DNA of 47,306 nt from Octopus bimaculoides (lineage: Eukaryota): positions 3,700,902 through 3,748,207 of the forward strand of contig NC_068995.1 of NCBI RefSeq assembly GCF_001194135.2, read 5' to 3'. A model generated the notes under the pieces. It saw only the letters and a list, made by a program, of their open reading frames with translations. It had not been told where the DNA came from and made no database searches. Each line of letters begins with the position of its first letter. Position 1 is the stretch's first letter. Of the stretch, positions 37,935-47,306 are shown one piece after another. Both the position numbers and the translations under genes were made by a program.

Positions 37935-38133
37935 TGTCAGGCACAAGGCCCGAAATTTTGGGGGAGGGGGCCAGTCGATCAGATCGATCTCAGTACGCAA
38001 CTGGTATTTAATTTATCGACCCCGAAAGGATGAAAGGCAAAATCGACCTCGGTGGAATTAGAACTCAGAGGCAGATGAAATACCGTTAAGCATTTCGCCC
38101 GGCGTGCTAACGATTCAGCCAGCTCACCGCCTT
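37935..38133 (-). mobile_element. SINE family A copy
   Basis: ggcacaaggcccgaaattttggggg...tttatcgaccccgaaaggatgaaaggc...cggcgtgctaacgattcagccagctcaccgcctt. Confidence 0.92.
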
Positions 38134-38539
38134 CATATTCAGCAGACATAATGTTACTCGGATCACTTCAACTTTTTATAAGACAGCAGAAATTTGGCTG
38201 CTATTTCTGGCAAATCAAGTGACTATGATGAAATTCCTTTATTGGTCGGGTAAAATTCGAAAGTGAGTTTTAGAGTTTCACATAAACTCATGCGTTTTAG
38301 AGTATTAAATAAAAGTGGAGTCTGGAAGTAAATTTTAATTAAAATAATTTTACTTTAATCATTTTATTTCAATCATTTTACTTTAATCAAGTTATGCAAA
38401 TGAAGTGGGAAAATGTGAATCCCATCTGTAAATCTCGATTCTCTTTGGGAGAAACTGTTGTTGTTTAACCCCAGGTCAGCCCCGATCCAGTTGACATATG
38501 ATGAAAGATATCCAAATCATGACCTGGAGCAGGCGAGGC

Positions 38540-38750
38540 TGTGCTTTCCAGCCACATGGTGCCGGGTTCAGTCCCACTGCGCGACACCTTGGCCCTCTGT
38601 GTTCTACTATAACCCCGGGCCGACCGAAGCCATGTAAGTGGATTTGATGGACGGAAACTGAAAGAAGCCCGTAGTATATACATATGTATATCTATGTGTG
38701 TTTGACTTTGTGTTTATTTTCGTCCCCCACCACTCTCACTCCCTGCTTCA
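38540..38750 (+). mobile_element. SINE family B copy
   Basis: agccacatggtgccgggttcagtcccactgcgcgacaccttgg...gacggaaactgaaagaagcccgt. Confidence 0.88.
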
Positions 38751-39003
38751 CTAATTTTGGAGAAAGCGATTCTGGGAATAATTCTTAATGATCTTTTCTC
38801 ACAGAGAGCAATGTGGTGGATTCCGACAGAGAGAAGAATTGACATTAGTACTCTGCTGGTTCTCTAATTATCGATGCCAAAACGAAAAAGAAAAAAAGCA
38901 AACCTGACTTCAATAGGATTCGAACCCACAAAGGTAGGAGCCGCAGTAAAAAGAGTAACTGAAATTCAACTAACGCTTTAATAACACAACTGATTCGGCA
39001 CTT

Positions 39004-39415
39004 AATATTTGCAGTGGTGGGTTCAAATTCTGCCGAGGTCGACTTTGCCTTTCATCCTTTCGGGGTCGATAAATTAAGTACCAGTTGTGTACTGGGGTCG
39101 ATCTAATCGACTGCCGCACCCTGCCAAAAATGTTCGGGTCTTGTGCCTAGAGTAGAAAAGAATATTTGTAGTGGTGAAGGGGCGAACTGTCAGAATCGTT
39201 AGCAGATCGGTCAAAATTCTTAGCAGCATTTCGTCTGACGTCACGGTCTGAGTTCAAATGCCACTGAGTTCAAATGCCAACTTTGCATTTCCAGTTTTCG
39301 GGGTCGATAAAACAAGAATCAATCGAATAGTGGGGTCGATCTAATTGACTTACCCCCTCCTCCGAAATTTCTGGCCTTATGCCGTCAAAGTTTGAAACCG
39401 ATATTTGTAGGGATG
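39004..39415 (+). mobile_element. Two stacked SINE family A copies bounded by three 16-bp direct repeats
   Basis: aatatttgcagtggtg 39004, aatatttgtagtggtg 39161, gatatttgtagggatg 39400. Confidence 0.85.
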
Positions 39416-40107
39416 GACTCACCTCTCGTAAACACCTGACGAGGATTTCGCAGCTTTTTTTGCAAAACAACCTGCGCATATTATTTATTTATGGTGATCA
39501 CACATTTGTGCTGCATATAAACTCACTGCCTCCATCAAATCGACATTACGTGTGCAAGCGCACAAGTCTTCCACACGTGAGGTGTTGAAGTGAGCGCTGA
39601 ACAACATGAGACGAAGTGATTTGCTCAAAGTCACATGCAGCGTACATTCGAGAGTGGAACTCTCTAACCACTTGGCAGCACGCTTTCAGAATATCTGGCG
39701 TAACAAATTAAAAGTAGAGGATTTAAAAGCAAACACAAAAAGCCATTGTATTTTCAGTGAAATTACCGTGCAATAAACCATACATCATCGTTGTTATTCC
39801 AATGTCTAACAACTTCACGCCGTTCTGCTAATATATCAATTTAAATACATCGCTCTGCCTCACTCTCTCCCACTCTTCAATCGCTGTTTTGTTTTTTTCT
39901 TTATTTGTTTCTTTCTCTTCCTCTCTTTCCGTTATTTATTTATTATTCTTTTTTTGCTTTTTTCCCTTTCGGTATTTTGTCACGCTCTTCCATGTATGCA
40001 GTGCAAGGTGGTTGCAGAGTGTAGATGTTTATTAAGTGTGTGTGTGTGTGTGTCAATGCTTATATGTACGCATGAGTGTATGTGTGCATGGGTGTATATA
40101 TAAATAT

Positions 40108-40148
<41 letters not shown>

Positions 40149-40152
40149 ATAT

Positions 40153-40186
<34 letters not shown>

Positions 40187-40388
40187 AACACACATAAATA
40201 TATAAACCTATCAACGTTCTCCTGTTTGAAGTTAGTGAGACTGTTTAGTAGAGTGTATATACGCGTAGCTGTGTGGTAAGAAGCTTGCTTCCCAACCACA
40301 TGGTCCAGGGTTCAGTCCCACTGCTATATATATATATATATATATTACATAACATGCGTACACACGCTTGTATATGTGTGTGTGTGTA

Positions 40389-41008
40389 CAGGGTGCGGTG
40401 AATATAACATCGTCTAAATTACACAAAAATGAAAATAACACTGACATCCAATTTTAACAGATATATTTACCAAAATTACATAAGAATATCTTGAAATACG
40501 AAAGAGTAAATTTATTCAATAAAATCGCAATTGGCTTCAACCACGACCTCCAAACAACTTCGGAATCTCCTGCAACTCTTCAGGACGATCTCCTTGTTTA
40601 AGTTGGTGAATGCTGCCATAGTCTTTGCCTTCAGTTCATCTTTGGTGTTACAAGGAGTTTTGTTGGCCTCTGGCTCAATTGTGCTCCACACATAATAATG
40701 TAGTCTAGGGAGTTAGGTGGCCAGATGTTAGGGGTGATGTGGTCGCAGAAATTGTCTGACAGCCATGACTAGGTTCTGCTGTTTGTGTGGCGTGGTGCAG
40801 AGTTCTGTTGGCAGATATAGGTTCTTCCACCAGCCACCTTCTGGACCTAGGGCAGCACTACTTCCTCCAGGTACTTGATGTTGACCTCCATGTTGAGTGT
40901 GAAGCCGTGTGGGAAGATGAATGGAGGCATAACGTTGCCATCACTAGTGATCACTCCAAACACCATGAGGTTGACTGGATGTTTGGTTTATATCACTCTC
41001 AGTACATG
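40389..41008 (-). pseudogene. maT/DD37D-type Tc1/mariner transposon, 3' half with TIR
   Basis: Minus strand TKHPVNLMVFGVITSDGNVMPPFIFPHGFTLNMEVNIKYLEEVVLP*...QQNSAPRHT...IWPPNSLD, frameshift, then YYVWSTIE...NTKDELKAK...CRRFRSCLEVVVEANCDFIE* (stop 40512-40514); TA+CAGGGTG end at 40387-40395. Confidence 0.9.
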
Positions 41009-41137
41009 TTCTCAGATTGCACTGTCCACATATTGACACCCATACACACACACACACACAAACACACACAAACACACACATATGTGCATATATATATTAT
41101 ATTATTTAATTGAACGCTACGCATCCATTACCAAGTA

Positions 41138-41175
<38 letters not shown>

Positions 41176-41191
41176 ATATATATGACTGCTT

Positions 41192-41235
<44 letters not shown>

Positions 41236-41258
41236 GCTGTAATATGAATACGTGTGTA

Positions 41259-41294
<36 letters not shown>

Positions 41295-42499
41295 CGAGTG
41301 CGTATGTATATGAGCCATTTAGTCCTAAACGACTTCGTGGTTGACTTTATTAGATGGTGTACTCAATAAAACGAAATGCACTACATTCACGACTGAACGT
41401 TCCTTCCATTCTTGATCTGAAACAAGTGATTCCTATTTGCAAGCAAACACAACCCTAATCAGTCCGAATTGGTTGCCTTCATTTTGCACCCAGACGGAAA
41501 TGGGACATCATTAGTAGATAAGTATTATTCCGATGATTTGTCAGGAGTGTTCAGAATAATTGATCGATGGAAAATCATTGAAAGACATTTAGCTTGAAAG
41601 AAAAATGGCGGCGATAAATTCATAAATTCGATGTAAACTAAATATATTTGTACGTTTCTATGAGAGTAGACTTGTATGCGTGTAGGCGGATAGTGTGTGG
41701 ATGTACACTGATGTATAGCTAGATACACACACACATGTATATATATATATATATATATATATATGCATGCGTATAGATAGCTAGATGGATACATAGATGG
41801 GTACATAGATAGATCGATCGATAGATAGATAGATAGATAAACAAATAGATAGGTACTTACATATATGTGGATACACATAAATGCCCTACACATGTATGTA
41901 CATATAATAACATACGTTGACACGCATAACCAGATGCACACACACACACACACAGAAACAAGCACACACATACACCGATAGAATAAGAACGAATTTAAAA
42001 GAAAACAAATCCTGGCTGGGACCGAATTGTTCGATTAAACCCCTTCACAGCGGTGCTCCAGCATAGCTGCAGTCAAATATATATATATATATACATATGA
42101 ATGTATATGTATATTAGATAATAAAACGAATGGTTTACACCTGGTAGCTTACTGGTAAAGTATAATCACTTTCACAGTGTTCGTTATGTATATGGAAAAG
42201 CAAAGACGGAAGATGAAATGTACGAGAATTTATATTAATCATCTTATATTGTTTCAACACATCTAGCATCGACCTCTCACGAGTGGGATACTTAACAACT
42301 GATTCAGGAGTATTGGGGGTGGGGTGTAGATGAGTCTCTTCGAGTGATAAAACAGTATAATTCGTTAAAATAACAGTGCCGCCGCAATGTATCTTCTCAT
42401 TTCGTAGAAAGGAAAGCGATAAACCAAAGGATATAATCTTCATTTATAGAGAAGATTGAAATAACAGATGCAAAAAAAGAAACGAACACGCAATATGTC

Positions 42500-42542
<43 letters not shown>

Positions 42543-44372
42543 GCACACATGCCCAGGATACCTACAATACCTTCATACATACATATTTACAAACACACAC
42601 ACGCATTTATATCTATCTATCTATCTATCTAAATCTATGCATCTATTTGTCTATCGCTATACACATACATATATATGCATTGTATATATGTATATAATAT
42701 NNNNNNNNNNNNNNNNNNNNNNNNNNNNNNNNNNNNNNNNNNNNNNNNNNNNNNNNNNNNNNNNNNNNNNNATATATATATATATATACACATATATATA
42801 TGTATATATGAAATTTCTAAAGACATGAATTTTTAATTGTATTTTTGAAATTGCATTGATATGTCAATAAGTTTAGATTCATCGATTTTATTTTATAAAT
42901 GATGTTTGAGATCTTTTGTAAACACAAACATTGGCACAACATTCGATATTGTACGATAACAAAGTCAGCCTAGATCTATACACCACTCAGACACATTAGC
43001 TGACAGATGCTATCCTGATAACTTTTATCTGTGTACAAATTTTTTGTGCTTTGAGGTCTCCATTTTTGGTGCAACGAACGATAATAATATAACGTTGATT
43101 AAAATATATTCGCACGAGAATTGAAGCAGGAGTTTCTAAAAATAGTTGTTTCGGTAATAAATGCTAACCAATCAAATGCAAAGAGAAAGAATAAAAGAAA
43201 TATATAATCTAACATTACCCAGAAATGTCAGCAGCAAACAAGTTGCGAAGATGGAATAAATATGTTGAAATCTCTACTTTCAAACAATCATTTGCGACAT
43301 TTGTGAGAGGAAACACGCCAAGTTATTTTAACATCTCCAGGAATTGAAGCATTTCTAAGTAAGTCTTGTTGTAAAAATATGTTTAGTTTAAACGACGGAG
43401 AAGAACAGATCTTGTTTTCTGCGGGAATCAATTTCTTTTCTTTATTTTACAAGAAAAGTGAACATTACATCTAAAACCTTCACTTTTGAATTAGAACCGT
43501 TGGTTGAGTCATTTAATAGCAGAGAGAACTTTGTTGAATTCACTTTAAATTTCAAATTTACGTTCCAGACATATATCTTTGTTGGAAACCAGCTTCTTCT
43601 TCACAGGAAGACACACAAACACACACGCATATCTATATTTATTAGAAGTAAAAGGAATTAATAAATCTAGCAAATATCTATAAAGCAATTAGTGTTAAAC
43701 GAATTTGGTTAACTGTATCAAAGAATTAGATTCTATGAAATTCAGGTAGAATTAACAATAAACATCCAAGTTAATTCGTTAATTCGTCATGTGTGACAAG
43801 TAAATCCAAACATCACTTAGAAGAATTTCTAGAAATTCGGAGCATATAATAGCAGAAGCAAGAATGGAGAATATCACATGTTTAATTGATGATTACACCA
43901 TACATTACCAACGATTGTTTCTGTTGTGCTTGCGAATTTAGATGCAGAAAAAAAAAAAAAGGTTTGAAATACAAGTCAAATTAATAGATCCGGAAATCTA
44001 TGCTGACATAACGTTATCAAGGCAATCGAAAATGGGCTGAATTCAAAGTGAACTAAGAAAATAATTTCTAAAGTAATGAATGCATACAAAATGAAGGTGA
44101 AAAACGAATAAAATATTCTAAGAAAAGCTAGTTTAGCATTTAACTTTTGATGACATCGGTAGATAACGAAAGAATAAAAAATAAGCATAGAAGTTCCACG
44201 CCATTACAATTACCTTTCTATTAAATATGCGAAAATGTTTTTAGAAAAATTATGCATATTAGATTAAAGGAAAAGCAATTATAATTAATGGGTTAGTTAC
44301 CATTGAAATATTGAAATGCTTATCTATATTTGTGCGAACATTTCAATGTAAAATTATTTCTACCATCTACAT

Positions 44373-44404
<32 letters not shown>

Positions 44405-44769
44405 CACTGGCTGTTGTTATATAAAAAAAATAGTTTGTTTTTAAAGTAGGAATGTGACTCAGAACGCTATCCGTTGATGTACAAATTGATTGGTCAACGT
44501 TCATGTGTTACACTCATGTGACAGTCGCACGAGACGAGAATGTCACATCAATGAAACTGTGATCTTAGCTAATTCTTCGTTATTTTGAAAATTAATTGGA
44601 ACAAAAGCAGTGTGCTTTAACAGAAATATAGTGACATATGGATTAAGAAGAAAATGGAGGACTTTAGAATAGGTCTTATCTTAATGAGGCCATATGTAAA
44701 GATAAGATATGGATGGCGGCCATTTCACACAATCGTGGAGGTGACCAGTTCTGTATTTTTTTATTCTTT

Positions 44770-45110
44770 TATTTGTTTCAGTCATTTGACTGCGGCCATG
44801 CTGGAGCACCGCCTTTAGTCGAATAAATCGACCCTAAGATTTTTCTTTGTAAATATAGTACCGCTAAGTTACGGAGACGTAAACATACCAGCATCGGTTA
44901 TTAAGCGATGGTCCGGGAGACAAAAGCAGACACACAAACATACACACATACACACACATATATATATACGACGGGCTTTTTTCAGTTTCCGTCTACCAAA
45001 TCCACTCACAAGGCCTTGGTCGGCCCGAGACTATAGTAGAAGACACTTGCCCAAGGTGCCACGCAGTGGGACTGAACCCGGAACCATGTGGTTGATAAGC
45101 AAGCTACTTT
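44770..45110 (-). mobile_element. SINE family B copy, near full length
   Basis: gacgggcttttttcagtttccgtctaccaaatccactcacaaggcc...gcagtgggactgaacccggaaccatgtgg. Confidence 0.92.
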
Positions 45111-45224
45111 ATTTCAACAATTTGGCCATTAAGGCCTTACAAAGAGGGGACGAACGAGGACAGACAAACATAAAGTAGCTATACATATATACGTACATAT
45201 ATACGTACATACATATATACGTAC

Positions 45225-45293
<69 letters not shown>

Positions 45294-46134
45294 NNNNNNN
45301 NNNNNNNNNNNNNNNNNNNNNNNNNNNNNNNNNNNNNNNNNNNNNNNNNNNNNNNNNNNNNNNNNNNNNNNNNNNNNNNNNNNNNNNNNNNNNNNNNNNN
45401 NNNNNNNNNNNNNNNNNNNNNNNNNNNNNNNNNNNNNNNNNNNNNNNNNNNNNNNNNNNNNNNNNNNNNNNNNNNNNNNNNNNNNNNNNNNNNNNNNNNN
45501 NNNNNNNNNNNNNNNNNNNNNNNNNNNNNNNNNNNNNNNNNNNNNNNNNNNNNNNNNNNNNNNNNNNNNNNNNNNNNNNNNNNNNNNNNNNNNNNNNNNN
45601 NNNNNNNNNNNNNNNNNNNNNNNNNNNNNNNNNNNNNNNNNNNNNNNNNNNNNNNNNNNNNNNNNNNNNNNNNNNNNNNNNNNNNNNNNNNNNNNNNNNN
45701 NNNNNNNNNNNNNNNNNNNNNNNNNNNNATATATGTATGTATGTATGTATGTACGTATTTAATTCATATATTCTTCTCGTTATACACACAGAGATTTATG
45801 AACGAGAGCCATCTAAATGAACCGACATAGAAGTTATATATCAGCGAGTGTGTTTGTAATGAAATAAAGGACATAGAAGAAAATCAAGATTGATGTATTC
45901 TCAGGATAAAAGAAACGTTTAAGAAACCATTTCTCGCATCCACTTTAGAATAATTGCTTCTCATATTCAACGCCATTGTCGAAAATTGGACTTTATTCAT
46001 ATATCTTGCAAGAAATCAATAAGCTTCTGTAGAAGATGTTAACATGGTGGAAACCTGAAGTTTGGAAGTTCTAATTGTTTTGCGATGGTTAATACCTTGG
46101 ACACTGCTTGTACGCCACACGAAATGATTTCTAA

Positions 46135-46290
46135 TTAATGTACAAAGCCAGCAGTTTTGAGGGTGGTTTACATCGTCCTTAGTATGTGATCGATACTTTA
46201 TCGTCCTCCGGTGGGATATAAAAACAGGGAGTTGATTTTGGCAAGATTTGAACTTGGAACTGGAAGAGTCGCAGTAAATAATACGAAGCC
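46135..46290 (-). mobile_element. SINE family A copy (highly decayed)
   Basis: acaaagccagcagttttgag...gatactttatcgtcctcc...gatttgaactt. Confidence 0.6.
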
Positions 46291-46589
46291 GTGAATTGAT
46301 GATTTGAAACAACTTCCATATGATTCTCAGCCATAGTCAGCCGGAGAGAATCTACTAAAAACTGGCCAACGAATCAGTAGAGGGCGGAGGCATGAAATGC
46401 AGTAAGGGATTAAAGAAATGTTGACGAAATTAGTTGGAAGAGGGTAATTAATTAGAATTCAAAATAACTAAATTAAATTTAGATACTGAAATTAGAAAAT
46501 CAAAACTGGTTTACCCGTACCCGTATGAGTACGTAGTTCAGGGCTGGAGGAGATGGAGGTGGCGAGAATTTGGAGCATTCAGGAAAGGA

Positions 46590-46689
<100 letters not shown>

Positions 46690-47129
46690 AATATTGATTT
46701 CAATATCTAAATTTAAATGTTGCTCTCTAGATAAAGTCAAACTTGAAATATAAATCGAACTCAGTGCCAAAAATAAGATTTCAGGTATAAATACTCTAGA
46801 CATCCGAGTGACAAACTACAATTTCGAGAATGCATTAGAAATTGTGCGAGGGGCTTGGCGAAGAGAAGAGCTTTGGTACGAAACTCTAGAAAATCCCGGA
46901 AAATTAATAACTCCATTTCCAACCCCAGACCCTAAACCACTGCAGACAAGGATTAGCAACGATTGAAGACGGATCTGTTGCTAACAGGAAAAACTATTAA
47001 AAAGTTGCCTTAAGGGTGTAGATAATATATTTTATGACGTAGTTGATATATTTGCGTCACAGTTTGTATAAAATGGCGCTGCTTGTCGTAGATTTCCCAA
47101 GCTTCAGTTACCGGTTCACTGTGTTTATG

Positions 47130-47267
47130 ACAGTGACAAGCTTGCTTCCTAACTACATGGTTCCGAGTTCAGTCCCACTGCGTGAAACTTTGGGCAAGCG
47201 CCTTCTACTATAGCCTCAGGTCGACCAAAGACTTGTGAGTGTATTTCGTAACTGAAAGAAACTCGTC

Positions 47268-47275
<8 letters not shown>
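47130..47275 (+). mobile_element. SINE family B head
   Basis: agcttgcttcctaactacatggttccgagttcagtcccactgcgtg...gaccaaagacttgtgagtg. Confidence 0.9.

Positions 47276-47306
<31 letters not shown>

Noticed and set aside
41601-41612. YY1-like AAAATGGCGGC (similar at 12603 and 47072)
   Set aside because: Isolated motifs with no CpG island or gene start nearby
901-45789. Long ORFs rich in YI, HT, VC, RE or X in the ORF track
   Set aside because: Translations of (TA)n, (CA)n, (GA)n microsatellites and N gaps, which lack stop codons

Overview
Eukaryotic, AT-rich, microsatellite-saturated non-coding DNA with many N gaps. The SINE repertoire and (CA)n/(TA)n density point to an octopus genome (inference from recalled repeat families, not a database result). 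I found no recognisable host-gene exon, and nearly all ORF-track entries are microsatellite or gap artefacts. Supported content: over 25 copies of two tRNA-derived SINE families, four decayed Tc1/mariner transposase fragments (three DD34D mariner-type, one maT/DD37D-type), a piggyBac-like and a hAT-like MITE, and many simple repeats. The main unannotated signal is a set of hammerhead-ribozyme (HHR) motifs at six loci, in short repeats that look Penelope/retrozyme-derived. One is a near-canonical type I HHR (11904-11946, minus). Another family has a U4C core variant and twice occurs as head-to-head fold-backs. The second signal is two stacks of divergent SINEs separated by repeats of one target-site duplication, suggesting serial insertion at the same site. 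All coordinates and alignments were read by eye.
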